Positions 45,006 to 57,342 of a stretch of 64,000 nucleotides of DNA are shown here, piece by piece. Source of the DNA: an uncultured Hormoscilla sp. (GTDB lineage: Bacteria; Cyanobacteriota; Cyanobacteriia; Cyanobacteriales; Desertifilaceae); assembly GCA_963921275.4 (NCBI GenBank), contig OZ001293.3, positions 2,912,001 to 2,976,000 of the forward strand, given 5' to 3'. The notes beneath the pieces were generated by a model, which did not search any database, was not told the DNA's origin, and saw only the letters and a program-made list of their open reading frames with translations. How positions within the stretch are numbered: the first letter of the stretch is position 1; each line of letters begins with the position of its first letter. The translations under genes were made by a program, and so were the position numbers.

Positions 45006-48000
45006 CTACGCAACAACCTGCGGTCGGATGGGAATCTCAATGACAAATTCCGCCCCCTGTCCCGGTGCTGAAATACAGCTAAGCTTTCCTCCATGTTTAT
45101 TTACCACGATCGAGTAACTGGTAGACAACCCCAAGCCTGTGCCAGCACCCACTGGCTTCGTGGTAAAGAATGGGTCAAAAATCTTCTTTTTGACTTCGGA
45201 GGGAATACCAGTACCATTATCAGCAATGCGGATCTTCACCCAGTCTGAAGCTGTCACCTCGGTGCGAATGGTAATTTTCGGTAAATTTTTATCTCCCAGG
45301 CCCGATGCTTTCTGCTCCTCTGACAAAGCATCAATGGCATTATTTAGCATCTGCATAAACACCTGATTCAGCTCAGAAGCATAACAGGTCACCTTTGGCA
45401 GTTTACCATACTGTTTAATCACCTGAATTTCCTCACGCTCCTTATTTCCTCTGAGTCCAGACTGCAATATTAGTAGAGTGCTGTCGATCCCCTCATGGAT
45501 ATCCACTGGCTTCATGTCGGCTTCATCCAGATGGGAGAAAGAACGCACCTCGTGGACAATATTGCGGATGCGCTCAGCTCCCACTTTCATCGATAAGAGC
45601 AGTTGTTGCAAGTCTCGTACCAGGAATTCTAGGTCGATATCCTCTATGGTCTCGCTGATTTCGGACACTGGGTCCGGATAGTGATACTGGTATTTTTGCA
45701 TCAGGTCGAGAAAGTCTTGAAAATATTCCTCTGCATGAGAGAGATTGCCGTAGATGAAGCTGACTGGGTTGTTGATTTAATGGGCAACACCCGCTATTAT
45801 CTGCCCCAAGCTGGACATTTTTTCCTTCTGAATCAGTTGGGCTTGGGTGCGCTTTAGTTCCTCCAAAGTTTGTTCTAGATGCAGGTTTTTTTCGTTTAAT
45901 TCCTGCGTTCTATCTCTGACTTTATGCTCCACTAAGGCATACAGCAAGGCATTGTCTAGGGCGATCGCCGCTTGGGCAGAAAGCAGCCTTAACACTTCCA
46001 GCCTCTCAGGGGTAAAGGCCCCGCTGATAAGATTGTTTTCTAAGTACAGGATAGCAATTAGTTTGCCCCCCTTGACGATCGGGGTACATAAGAGAGATTT
46101 CAGTTGTACGCGGGCAATATAAGGATCGTTGGTAAAATTTACCTCAGATGCGGCATTGCTTAATACTACATCCGAGCCCGATCGCTGGACATAATGGATT
46201 ACAGTCACTGGCAAATCCCGAGCATCTTCTACTGGCTGTGATTGCTGTACAACTACCAGTTCTGGGTCTACTGCTGAAGAGGCTTCGATCAGCAGTTTTC
46301 CTTCTCTAGGCAATAGCAGACAACCTTGTCGCGCCCCAGCATTTTCCATGAGAATCTTCATCAAGCTTGACAGTAATTTATCCAGGAATATTTCACCGAA
46401 AATAGCTTGGGCTGCTTTCAGCACTGTGGCTAAATCTAGGGAAGCAAAACTCCGGCTACTTCTATAGGTTGTAGCGATCGCCATCTCCTCGATTATCTGA
46501 TTATAGGCTGAATTTTGGGCTAGCAACAGGGGATAGTTTTTCTGCAAATCTTCTACTTTGCGTAATGCGCCCCAAAGTTGGTAGCCATAGTAGGCTTTCT
46601 GCATGTATAGTTGGGCAAATTCCTCTTTGCCTTTGCTTAACCAGAACTTGGCTGCTAGTTCATTGCCTAAGGCTTCATTCTGGACAAACTCGTTTTCTCG
46701 GGCCGAGGAGATGGCTCGATCGTACAAATCCATGATTGTTTCTAAATCTCCACCGGAGATGCGGGCTATTTCTGCGGCTACCAGCAGGTACTTGTGCAGG
46801 AAGTTTTCCGGGCAGATGTCCGCCCAGATTTGCATCTGCTGTTGATTAGCTGTCAATTGTTGCCAATATTGTTGTTTTGTTTCAGCTGAAGCCTCCTGAT
46901 AGAGAGCGGCCAGACTGAGGGAGTAGTAAAAATTATGTTCGGACATTTGGAACTGGCCGAGAATAAAGGAGATCTGCTTTTCTGCTGCCAATGCACAGTT
47001 TAATGCTTCAGTAAAATTGCCGTACAGATAGAGAACCTGAGACTTAAATACATGAAAAGTACATATCCAAGCAAAGCTGTTATGAACCTGACAAAGTTTC
47101 AGATATTGCACCTCGTTAATTTCGTCGTTGTGAAACTCAAGCTGGCTGGCCGTCAGGCCGCTCAAATTACAGAGGGTCAGTTGCAAACTTAATATCCCAT
47201 CAATCGCCCATTGATTTTGATTTTTTTTGTTAAACTGCAAGAACTTGGGCAGAGTTTTTCTCAGAGATTCCAGATTTTGACCTTGATAAAATAAGTAACG
47301 TAATTGGTGATCTAGTATGTATCCCGAGTGCCGGAACTCCCCAGATGACAAACCTGCTTGATACCCGTCACTGAAAATATCTTCAGCCAATTTAAGATGC
47401 TTGACCCAATGATTCAAATGACCAGCCAGAACCAAACAAGCACTGCATTTTTGAGCCGGATTATTGAATTTATCGCTCAGCTGCACCGCCAGCTGGCCAA
47501 ACTCATAGCCCGATCGATAGTCACCTAAAACAGACCCCAGGATCAGTCCGTAAGTAACGTAAGCCTTTGCTGATTCGGGAACGTGACCGTATTTGAGCGA
47601 GATTTGAGCCATTTTGACGACAATCACAGCGTAGAGAGCTTGATTGCTAAAGTAGGCAGGCGGATCGATATTCGACAATAATTTTACTACTAATTTTTGC
47701 TCTGGTATGGTCATTTCCGGTGCATCCAGCAAGGAAGCAATTTCTCGTTCGCCCAAATTCTCCCTTGCTTGGGCTAGTTCTTCATCCAGGGCCTTTTGCA
47801 AATCTGATTCCGGCAAGTCAATCCCTAACTGCTTAAGAGCTTTCCGCCCTGTTTGAATGGCTGCTTCGTATTCAGACATGAGAGTATACTGCACCAGGAG
47901 CATGTCGTACATTTCGGTTTTTTCTAGGGCCGTTTTCACTCGGAACTTCGTCAGGTTAATCAATTGTTGCGATCGCTCGAAGTTGCCGTTTAAGTATTCT

Positions 48001-50400
48001 ACCTCTGCCCTCTCTTTATACAGTGCCAAGGTCAAATCATACTGTGCAATCCAGCTATTTGGGGTTAAACATGTCATCCCTGCTGTCAAATACTCCCTGG
48101 CCGCGGCGTAAGCGGTTGCATCCTTGGCTTTTTGACCCGCTGATAGATTCAAACTTGCCAATTCCACCAGTTCGTCCGCATCTGTAATCAATTCTCGACC
48201 CTGATTTAGATGATCGACTAACTCAAAGATTCTTTCTTCTCGTGCTTCTGAGGGGATATTCGCCAGCAATAGCCGCCCAATCCTGAGATGAATTGCTTTT
48301 TTCTGGTCTGCATCAATCAGGGCTTCAGCAGCCTGTTGCACCCGATCGTGCCGGAATTGATAATTTAAGATTAACAGAGGTGCATCAACTTCCATCATGT
48401 CAGTAGTTTCTAACTCTGATGTGGACTGAATTAATCCTAACTTAATTGCTGGCAGCAGGGCCTCGTAAGTTTCGGCAGCAGATTTTTCCTGGACGATCGA
48501 GAGGGTGTCTAAGTCAAACTGGTTGCCCACACAAGCTGCTAAGGGTAAAACCTGCTGAGTCTGGTCTGGCAGTTTCTGCAATTTCGATATCATCAATTCT
48601 ACCACATTGTCCGTGATGCCCAGGGCCTCAATTCTCTTAATATCCCATTGCCAGCTTCTTGGCTGAAAGTCAAAGGCGAGCAGGTTTTCTTGATGCATGG
48701 TTTTGAGAAATTCATTCACAAAGAAAGGATTCCCTTCTGTTTTCTTGACCACCAGTTCTGCCAAAGGTCTGACCTGATCGCGATCGCTATGCAAGCTATC
48801 GGCAATCAATTGAGTAATCTGCTCCAAGTTTAAGGGCCTTAAGTTAATCTGCTTGACGATCGCCCCTTGCTTTTCGATTTCCTCAAGGGCGAGCATCAAT
48901 GGATGAGTGGGGCTAACTTCATTATCTCGATAGGCGACAATCAAAAGCAGAGAGTGGGTGTCGGTATCCGTCATCATGAGATCAATCAACTTGAGCGTAG
49001 CCGAGTCTGCCCATTGCAAATCGTCTAGAAAGATAACGAAGGGATGTTCCTGTTGACAAAATACCCGGATAAAGTTTTGAAAGACGAGATTAAAGCTGTT
49101 TTGAGTCTCAGTAGGTCCTAGTTCTTGCACCGCAGGCTGAGGTCCGATAATTAATTCCATTTCCGGAATGATATCAATAATCACCTGCCCATTCGGCCCC
49201 AAAGCTGCTAAGATTTGAGAACGCCAGCGGTTAAGTTCGGCTTCACTTTCCGTTAACAGTTGCCGCACTAATTCCCCAAAAGCACTGACTACGGCAGAGT
49301 AGGGTATATTCCGCTGAAACTGGTCAAATTTTCCCGAGATGAAATAGCCGCGTTTGCGGGTAATGGGTTGATAAAGTTCCTGCACTAGAGCTGATTTGCC
49401 GATGCCCGAATAACCCGCCACTAACATCATCTCAGTTTTTCCCTGGCTGATGCGATCGAATGCCTTGAGTAAGGTCTCAACTTCTTGCTCTCGGCCATAG
49501 AGTTTTTGCGGGATTTGGAATTTGTCGGAAATATCTTGATTTCCCAGGGCAAATTCTGATATATTTCCCTGAGTCTGGAGTTGAGTGAGACATAATTCTA
49601 AATCTGCTTTAATTCCACCGGCACTTTGATATCGTTCTTCTGCGGTTTTCGCTAACAATTTCATCACAATGGCTGATACTGCTTGCGGAATATCTCGATT
49701 AAGTTCATGAGGCGGCAATGGCTGTTTGGCGATGTGACAATGCACTAACTCCATGGCATCGGTGGCAGCAAAAGGCAGCTGATGGGTCAGCAGTTGGTAA
49801 AAGGTGGCACCGAGGCTGTAAAAGTCCGTGCGGTAATCGAGCGATCGGTTCATTCTGCCAGTCTGTTCCGGGGACATATAGGGTAAGGTTCCTTCTAAGA
49901 CTGCCGGATTTTTGAGGCTGGTATTTGAACGTGATAAGATGGTGGCAATACCAAAGTCGATGATTTTCAGCTCTCCTGTGGTGGAATTGAAGACGATATT
50001 GGCAGGGTTAATGTCTTTGTGGACGATCTGGCGCAGCCGTGTGGAGCTCGCCCAGAATCTCGGTAATGCGAATGGCGATCGCCAGAAATTCCGACAGGGT
50101 AAACTGGCGTTCCCCGATCGCTGACTGTAAGGAGGAACCACCGAAATCTTCCAATATCATCACCAGAGTATTCTTAACCAGCTGCAAGTCATAGGCTTTG
50201 ATAACGCCATGGATATTCAGTCTACGGAGCAGAGAATATTCCTGCTTATATCGGGTGAGTTCTCGCGGCGTGGGATAATCTTGCTTGAGTACCTTGAGGA
50301 TAACAGGTTTATTATCCTGTTTGCGGATGCCTCGATACACGTAGGAGTTGGCACTTTCATAGATTTGGGCGATAATCTGGTAACCGGGAAGGGCGATCAT
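45006..50400 (-). pseudogene. trifunctional Ser/Thr kinase-AAA ATPase-GAF-histidine kinase, inactivated
   Basis: [41 protein letters not shown]; frameshift near 50030-50040 and TAA at 45777-45779. Confidence 0.9.
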
Positions 50401-50466
50401 ACTCTCTGTTCTCCTATAGATGTAAATTCACTTCTTAGAAAATAATGCGTTATCGTAGCAGCAGAT

Positions 50467-51321
50467 ATGGGTGATTTAAGTCAGACGCTTTCACTTACAG
50501 CTATGTTAAAACATTATACCTCTGGTTCGGCATTAATTTTGGGCATTTTAGCAATCTTATTTGTCGCCTGTAGCCACAATGAAGTCACAGATGCCAGTAA
50601 CAATGTCAGTTCAACACCAACAATGGATGGCGGTCCCGCACCCGTCGCCCCCCCCGTACAGCCGCCAAGCACAAAAGCGCAGCCGGATTATTATCAGCGA
50701 GCCCGTCTCAAAGCTGACAGTGCTGTAAGTATTGGTCAATCTGCTCAATCTCCTGAGGATTGGCAGCTAGTGGCAAGTCGCTGGCAACAGGCGATCGCCC
50801 TCCTGCAAGCCATACCCCCAGATAGTCCCCAAGCCGCTCAGGCCCTCACCAAAATAGCAGAATACCAGGGCCATCTTGCCCAGGCCCAGGAACAGGCCCA
50901 AAGCAACCGCCCCACATCCTCGACATCAGTGGCCTTCGAGATAGTACCAGCACCTGCGGCAAGGACACCACGAGTTTTTCCCGCCAGAATCAAGCGTCGA
51001 ATTGGTGGTACGCCGGTAATAGATGTGCGTTTTAACGGCTCCCAGACCTTTGAGATGATTGTGGATACGGGAGCCAGTGGCGTTGCGATCACTGAAGATA
51101 TGGCCCGAGCGCTCGCTCTGGTGATTGTCGGGGTAATTCAAGCTAATACAGCTAGTGACAAGGAAGTCCAGTTTCCTGTCGGTTTTGTCGAGGAGATCGC
51201 CGTCGGCGGTGCTACTGTCCGGGATATCCAAGTGGCGATCGCCCCCCAGCTGGACATCGGACTTCTCGGACATGACTTCTTCGGCAATTACGATATCATT
51301 ATTCGCCGAGATGTGATATAA
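50467..51321 (+). CDS. lipoprotein with C-terminal retropepsin-like aspartic protease (last ~5 residues lost to a premature TAA)
   Basis: LFVAC lipobox, MIVDTGAS, GLLGHDFF; VI*FHLR. Confidence 0.85.
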   Translation: MGDLSQTLSLTAMLKHYTSGSALILGILAILFVACSHNEVTDASNNVSSTPTMDGGPAPVAPPVQPPSTKAQPDYYQRARLKADSAVSIGQSAQSPEDWQLVASRWQQAIALLQAIPPDSPQAAQALTKIAEYQGHLAQAQEQAQSNRPTSSTSVAFEIVPAPAARTPRVFPARIKRRIGGTPVIDVRFNGSQTFEMIVDTGASGVAITEDMARALALVIVGVIQANTASDKEVQFPVGFVEEIAVGGATVRDIQVAIAPQLDIGLLGHDFFGNYDIIIRRDVI

Positions 51322-51469
51322 TTCCATCTCCGCTGAATCAGATTTATGTAGAAAATTTAAGCTTAAGTTAAGTTTTATTGCAATAAGTGAACAAAATCAA
51401 AGGGAGAGAGCTAAGATGTAAAAGGTTGAGGCTGCTAATTGCTAATAGTTAATAGTTAATAGCAATTCG

Positions 51470-51770
51470 TAGACGCGACGGTGCCTCCCGACTCCTAGGG
51501 GCAGAAAAGGGAGACACCTTCGATGTGCTCTGCTGGTGTGTCTCCTGGGAGCTCGATGTTTCTCGGGAGCTCGATGTCTCCGGAGAGATCGATGTCTTCT
51601 GGGACGAGGCGTCTCCTGGGAGCGCTAATCGCACTACCCAGGAGACGCAGAGCGCTAATCGCACAAAAGAGAAGATATCGTATTCGCACTACTCCAGAGA
51701 CATCGTAATCGCACGTTCCCAGGCAGAGCCGTGGGAACGAGGGGGAAACATCGTAGTCGCAACCATTATC
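51470..51770. repeat. dense nest of short dispersed repeats
   Basis: 18-nt tandem half-arms TCGATGTYT..., hairpin 51609-51648, CGTTCCCAGGC...TGGGAACG at 51714-51741. Confidence 0.7.
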
Positions 51771-51829
51771 AGTTAGAGGCATCTTTTACAAACTCAAAGG
51801 TTAATAAACAGAGAGAGGCAGAATTAGTT

Positions 51830-53815
51830 ATGACTAGGTATTTGTGTCCTTGTTGTTCGCAACCTCTCATTTTTCACATCAGCCGCAAAAAAAAATTCTG
51901 GTATTGTATCAGCTGTCATCAAGAAATGCCAGCAATAGAAAACCATGAGACAGAATTAACACTTCCGACTGAGTCAAAGTGGGTATTGCCAGATAAGCAA
52001 GAGCTGTACGATCGGATTATTGAAACCACAAAAGAGGGGAGTTTGCTTCTGGATCCAGAAGGGAATACGGCTTTTGTGAATGGCAGGATGACAGAAATGC
52101 TGGGCTACAGTGGGTCGGCAATGCAACGGATGCCGCTGTTGATGTTGATAGATGAGGAATATCAACAGCAGGCAGCCGAAAATCTACTGAGATGCCGTCA
52201 AGGGCTGGATCGGGAAATGGAGTTAAAATTCCGCCACAGAGATGGTTCGGAAGTCTGGGCGAACCTGTCTACTAATTACATCTTTGATGCAGCGGATATA
52301 TACGCAGGAGTGCTAGTAATAGTTACCAACATTACCGAGCAGAAAAGGGCGGCAGAGAAATTGCAAAAGCAACGTCGGCAGCAGCAAGCCCTGAATTTGA
52401 TAACTCAAGCCATCCGCAGTTCGATAGATTTAGAGACGATGTTTTCGGCAGCTGTATCGCAAATGCTCCAACTCCTGCAAGCTGACTACGTTCACATCTT
52501 CCAATATATATATGAACGTCAGCTGTGGTTGAATGTGGCTGAGTCTCGCAGCCATCCAGCCTTGCCCGCGACTCTGGGACGGGAAATTCATGCAGGGGCC
52601 CTCCCTGCTAAAATCAACAGTTTAGAAATTGTGCGCAGTGATGATAACGGCATTGATGCAGACAAGCTGGCTGAAACTTTTACCGGAACTTGGTTGCTAG
52701 TACCGTTGCACTTGGGGGTATCAGTCTGGGGTGGGATAATTATAGTCATGCCAAGTGAATCCTACAAGTGGCAAGAATCAGAGATTGAGTGGCTGCGTAC
52801 TGTTGCCAACCAACTAGACATGGGCATCAACCAAGCTGTATTATATCAACAGTTGGCAGCAGCTCACCAAGAATTAAAGTATTTGGCAGCCTTAGATGAT
52901 ATTCCCAAAAATGTCACTCCCACCTTGCGTTCCCAGGCGGATCCTGGGTTGACACGCACCTGGGAGGATGGGGATACAAAAAAAAAGCCTGCGGGGTTGG
53001 AGAACATTACGACAGAAGGGCGATCTGGTTCTTTTCTCCCTGAGCAATCATTATTAATGAGCTATATTGCCTATTATCTGAGTCGGGGTAAAACTGTGCT
53101 CAGTCCCATGAGTGGTGTCCTATCATTTGACGGGAAACTGTACAATTACCAAGGATATCACGAGGATTTCCAGGATTTTTGGCAGCAACTCCAGCAGCGT
53201 CGCGACTTCCGCGAGCTTTATCTGGAAGCAGATAGTTATTGCTTCGGTGACTTTTTGGCTGGAAGTTGCACTGTGAGCGAGTGCGCCCGTTGTCAGCTAC
53301 CAATATCCATGTCAGCAGGTCATGTTGACAAGGTTCCTGGTTGTAATGGATTCTGTGAGGGTTTATTATCTCAAAAAGAGAATCAGAACTTGGAAGAGCA
53401 ACCTTGCTTAACCTCCGTGCTTGCCATTGGGGCGCTACCAAATGGCTCTAAAAACTTAGAGGAATTGTTCGCTCGCAACGGGTTTGCAGTCACCTTTGTC
53501 AGTCAACCAGAAGAAATTATCTGGCAATCTTTACCTGATACTATAGATCTGGTACTGATTCACGCGGAAGTTTCCCTTGTCGAGGGCAAAGCTTGGACGC
53601 AGTTTCTGCGTCGTCACCCACAACTAAACTCGGCTCCCATTATTGCTCTGAGTGCTGAAGCTGGGCATCCTCTGAGCTGGGTTGAGCGAGATCTCGGAGT
53701 GGAAGATTACCTGCTGACTCCTCTAGGGGGCGAGAGGCTAGCTGCTCATTTGCGCGGCTGTTCTCAATCCCAACTCAGCTTTGCTGGCACTGAGTTGCAT
53801 TGGTTTCCGCGTTAG
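51830..53815 (+). CDS. signalling protein: Zn-ribbon, PAS, GAF, Cys-rich domain, receiver-like domain
   Basis: CPCC..WYCISCHQEMP; FVNGRMTEMLGY..HRDGSEVW; GAF with W..SEIEWL..VANQL; ECARCQLP; PIIALSA..GVEDYLLTP. Confidence 0.75.
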   Translation: MTRYLCPCCSQPLIFHISRKKKFWYCISCHQEMPAIENHETELTLPTESKWVLPDKQELYDRIIETTKEGSLLLDPEGNTAFVNGRMTEMLGYSGSAMQRMPLLMLIDEEYQQQAAENLLRCRQGLDREMELKFRHRDGSEVWANLSTNYIFDAADIYAGVLVIVTNITEQKRAAEKLQKQRRQQQALNLITQAIRSSIDLETMFSAAVSQMLQLLQADYVHIFQYIYERQLWLNVAESRSHPALPATLGREIHAGALPAKINSLEIVRSDDNGIDADKLAETFTGTWLLVPLHLGVSVWGGIIIVMPSESYKWQESEIEWLRTVANQLDMGINQAVLYQQLAAAHQELKYLAALDDIPKNVTPTLRSQADPGLTRTWEDGDTKKKPAGLENITTEGRSGSFLPEQSLLMSYIAYYLSRGKTVLSPMSGVLSFDGKLYNYQGYHEDFQDFWQQLQQRRDFRELYLEADSYCFGDFLAGSCTVSECARCQLPISMSAGHVDKVPGCNGFCEGLLSQKENQNLEEQPCLTSVLAIGALPNGSKNLEELFARNGFAVTFVSQPEEIIWQSLPDTIDLVLIHAEVSLVEGKAWTQFLRRHPQLNSAPIIALSAEAGHPLSWVERDLGVEDYLLTPLGGERLAAHLRGCSQSQLSFAGTELHWFPR

Positions 53816-54026
53816 ATCGAAGGTTTGTAGTGAAGACTTTAGTCCTCACCGTGGGCGAGGTAAAAACTAAAGTCTGCTAAGCTCAGTTTGCCGCATCTCA
53901 CTTTTGCTGCGACCATATTTTGCCCAGAAACCAGGTTTTGACAAAAAACCTGGTTTCTTACTACGAACGGTCTCGGAAGCACTAAAGTGCTTACTACGAA
54001 CGGACTTTTTTACATATTTGCTACAT

Positions 54027-54776
54027 ATGAGAAAAACTCAGTTTAGCAAACCCCACGGGACAATTGTACTTGCCATGAGCGCTGATGGCAAGATATCCGA
54101 TGTGGGGCGATCGCCTGCTCGTTTCAGTTCAGCAGCAGACAAAGCCCATCTGGAAAAACAAATTGCGATGGCAGATGGAGTATTATCTGGAGCGGGTACT
54201 CTCCGCGCCTATGGGACAACGATGCCCATTTCTAACCCCAAGCTATTGCAGCAACGAGAATCAGATGGCAAACCACCCCAACCAGTGCAAATACTGGTAT
54301 CTATATCGGCTAATATTGACTCTTCTTTACGTTTTTTCCAGCAACCCGTCCCCCGCTGGTTATTAACAACCGCTGCTGGAGCCAAACATTACCACAGTGA
54401 CCGGGATCGACCCGACGTCACCAATAGTAGAGGCTCTGAGTTTGAAAAGATTATCATTGCGAAAATGGGGAATCAAGGGATTGATTGGGTTGAGGCTTTC
54501 CGTCAGTTAGCCCAGCTAGAATTGAAACGTTTAGCAATTCTGGGAGGCGGCGAATTGGTAGCCTCCCTGCTAGCTGCTGATGTGATTGATGAATTATGCT
54601 TGACAGTTTGTCCCTTAATTTTGGGTGGCGCAGCTGCACCCACTCCTGTGGAGGGTGCAGGATTGTTATCAGCGCAACATTTGCAGTTGTTATCTGTTGA
54701 TACTATAGAACAGGAGGGATTTCTGCATTATAGCATTGTCCGACGATCGGGAAATACCTTGGATAGTTTAAGCTGA
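54027..54776 (+). CDS. RibD C-terminal (reductase) domain protein
   Basis: LAMSADGKI, GAGTLRAY, LGGGEL, IDEL.LTVCPLILGG. Confidence 0.88.
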   Translation: MRKTQFSKPHGTIVLAMSADGKISDVGRSPARFSSAADKAHLEKQIAMADGVLSGAGTLRAYGTTMPISNPKLLQQRESDGKPPQPVQILVSISANIDSSLRFFQQPVPRWLLTTAAGAKHYHSDRDRPDVTNSRGSEFEKIIIAKMGNQGIDWVEAFRQLAQLELKRLAILGGGELVASLLAADVIDELCLTVCPLILGGAAAPTPVEGAGLLSAQHLQLLSVDTIEQEGFLHYSIVRRSGNTLDSLS

Positions 54777-54935
54777 AATTGGGAGCATGTCAACTTGGTT
54801 TCTAAGTATTTTTGCTCTCAAACTGCATTACCTGCTCTTAGGTCAACTAACCACTGCTGACATGCTTTCCTGAAATTAGCTTGCCTTTTTCTCATGATCG
54901 ATCAATTGTTCAAGTTTTTCTCCCAGAGAGTCCCT

Positions 54936-56114
54936 ATGGTGAAACAAATCTCGCCTCGAATTAGAGTTGCCTGGATTGACAAAATTGCCGAAATCCCCCA
55001 AGCTAAGTGGGATACACTAGCCCAACCCCTGAAGACGCCGTTTTTTGAATGGGATTGGTTGCACAATATGGAGGCGTCTGGTAGTGCGGTGGCACGGGCG
55101 GGTTGGCAACCCTGCCATTTGACCCTGTGGCGGGATAAACAACTTATAGCAGCCGCGCCCCTTTATGTCAAGGGTCACAGCTATGGAGAATTTGTGTTTG
55201 ACCACCAATGGGCAGATTCAGCCTATCGGTTGGGGATTGAATATTACCCGAAACTGCTAGGGATGAGTCCCTTTACCCCGGCGGTGGGCTATCGGTTTTT
55301 GATTACCGATGGAGAAGATGAAGATGAACTTACAGAGTTGATGGTAGCAGCGATCGACCATTTTTGCGATCGCCACAATATTTCTGGCTGTAACTTCCTC
55401 TATGTCGATCCAGAATGGCGATCGCGCCTCGAAGGCCACGGCTTTTCCAGCTGGCTGCACCACAACAGTATTTGGCAAAATCAAGGATTTCGGACCTTTG
55501 ATGATTATTTGGGCATGTTTAATTCTAATCAGCGCCGAAATATCAAGCGGGAACGGAAAGCATTATCAAAATCAGGTTTAGAGATGAAAATGCTCTCAGG
55601 CGATGAGATTACTCACTCCTTGCTTTCCTTAATGTACGATTTTTACAGCCACCATTGCGATCAGTTTGGCTGGTGGGGAAGCAAGTATTTAACTAAGGAA
55701 TTCTTTGAGAAATTATATCACAATTATCGCCATCGCGTCTTATTGGCCGCCGCCTACCGGGAAGGGGACGATCGCCATCCAGTGGGGATGTCTTTTTGCA
55801 TCACCAAGGGCGATGGTTTGTACGGGCGCTATTGGGGCAGTTTTTCCGAATACGACTGCCTGCATTTTAATGCTTGCTATTACTCTCCCATTGAGTGGGC
55901 GATCGCGCAGGGCATTCAAATGTTTGACCCCGGTGCGGGGGGGAGTCACAAAAAGCGTCGCGGCTTTCCCGCCACCCCCCATCATAGCTTGCACCGCTTT
56001 TATAATCAACGTCTGATGCAAATTATGCGTACCCACATCGCCAAAATTAATGAAATGGAACGGGAACAAATTGAGGCTATTAACCAAGAATTGCCCTTTA
56101 GTAAACGGGAGTGA
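54936..56114 (+). CDS. FemAB-like GNAT family protein (DUF482)
   Basis: KGHSYGEFVFDHQWA, PFTP, LYGRYWG, LHFNACYY, GAGGSHK. Confidence 0.9.
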   Translation: MVKQISPRIRVAWIDKIAEIPQAKWDTLAQPLKTPFFEWDWLHNMEASGSAVARAGWQPCHLTLWRDKQLIAAAPLYVKGHSYGEFVFDHQWADSAYRLGIEYYPKLLGMSPFTPAVGYRFLITDGEDEDELTELMVAAIDHFCDRHNISGCNFLYVDPEWRSRLEGHGFSSWLHHNSIWQNQGFRTFDDYLGMFNSNQRRNIKRERKALSKSGLEMKMLSGDEITHSLLSLMYDFYSHHCDQFGWWGSKYLTKEFFEKLYHNYRHRVLLAAAYREGDDRHPVGMSFCITKGDGLYGRYWGSFSEYDCLHFNACYYSPIEWAIAQGIQMFDPGAGGSHKKRRGFPATPHHSLHRFYNQRLMQIMRTHIAKINEMEREQIEAINQELPFSKRE

Positions 56115-56283
56115 TTAATGATTATCTAGAAGTAACCCATAAACAAGGTTTGTTGAAAAAATCTTGTTTATTAATTATTTGATATCCTCTCAGGAAGATC
56201 GCCTATTTTTTTAATTATAGATGAGCGAAAAAATATGAAAAATATATGTTAAGATATAATCCGCAGAGAAAAAAGGAGTAACT

Positions 56284-57183
56284 GTGAGAACCGATACACT
56301 TTTTTACCAATTATTTAAAACTTTTCCCAGTCTGTTGTTTGAACTGCTGGGGGAGTCACCGTCTTTAGCTGAAAGGTATGAGTTTTCATCCCGAGAAATC
56401 AAAGAACTGGCTCGGAGATTTGACGGGATATTTTTGCCCGAGTCTGAAGAAGTTGACAAACTCATCTACTTTGTGGAAGTCCAGTTTCAACCCAAAGAGG
56501 ACTTTTACTGGCGCTTGTTTACGGAAATCTTCGTATACCTGGGTCAATACAAACCGAAAAACGATTGGTTGGCGGTGGCAGTATTTGCCAACCGCAATTT
56601 AGATCCAGGACTGCCAATACAGTATCGGGCTTTCCTGAGCAGTCAGCAATTGAAATTTGTGTATTTGTCGGAGTTGTCAAAACCATCAGATCCATCTTTG
56701 GGCTTGGGGATAGTCCAGTTGGCCCTAGGGTCTTCCCAGGAGGCCGTCCAACTGACTAAGAAACTGATGCTCAAAGCACGGCAGTCAGTTGATGATATAG
56801 CCTTCCAGCGGCAGGTGATAGAATTGATAGAGAGCACGCTGGTTTATAAGTTTACCGAGTTAAGTCGGGAGGAGATTGAAGCTATGTTCGCATTGAGTGA
56901 CTTAAAACAGACGAAGGTTTATCAAGAAGGCAAGGAAGAAGGTAAGCTGGAAGGTCTCAAAGAAGGCAAGGAAGAAGGTCTCGAAGAAGGTAAGCTGTCG
57001 GGTAAGCTGGAAGGCAAGCTGGAAGGCAAGCTGGAAGGCAAGCTGGAATCTGTACCTGGGTTCTTAGCACTCGGGTTGACTGTCGAACAAATTGCTACGG
57101 CCTTAGGCTTGGATGTTGAGGTCATTCATCAGGCCGCTGTCCCTGCTGAACAGCCCCCACAACAGTCAGAAACACAGAGCTAG
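56284..57183 (+). CDS. Rpn family (DUF2887) PD-(D/E)xK protein, copy 1
   Basis: MRTDTLFYQLF, RFDGIF, YFVEVQFQ, (EGKL)n repeats. Confidence 0.9.
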   Translation: MRTDTLFYQLFKTFPSLLFELLGESPSLAERYEFSSREIKELARRFDGIFLPESEEVDKLIYFVEVQFQPKEDFYWRLFTEIFVYLGQYKPKNDWLAVAVFANRNLDPGLPIQYRAFLSSQQLKFVYLSELSKPSDPSLGLGIVQLALGSSQEAVQLTKKLMLKARQSVDDIAFQRQVIELIESTLVYKFTELSREEIEAMFALSDLKQTKVYQEGKEEGKLEGLKEGKEEGLEEGKLSGKLEGKLEGKLEGKLESVPGFLALGLTVEQIATALGLDVEVIHQAAVPAEQPPQQSETQS

Positions 57184-57342
57184 AAATCCCTTCTACCTGT
57201 GAAACTGGTGGCGCGAGCGCATTTTTTTATTGGCAAGAATGCGCTCGCCTATAGCTCGTGTTTTTATTGTGAATTTTATTTGAGCAAGTAAATCTTCTAT
57301 ATCTATGTTAAAATCTCATAGGAATATCAAAAAGGAGCAACT

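Noticed and set aside
51449..51782. Several overlapping small ORFs (also 24417-24743, 58352-58732)
   Set aside because: They arise from GC-rich, stop-poor repeat nests and have no protein motifs
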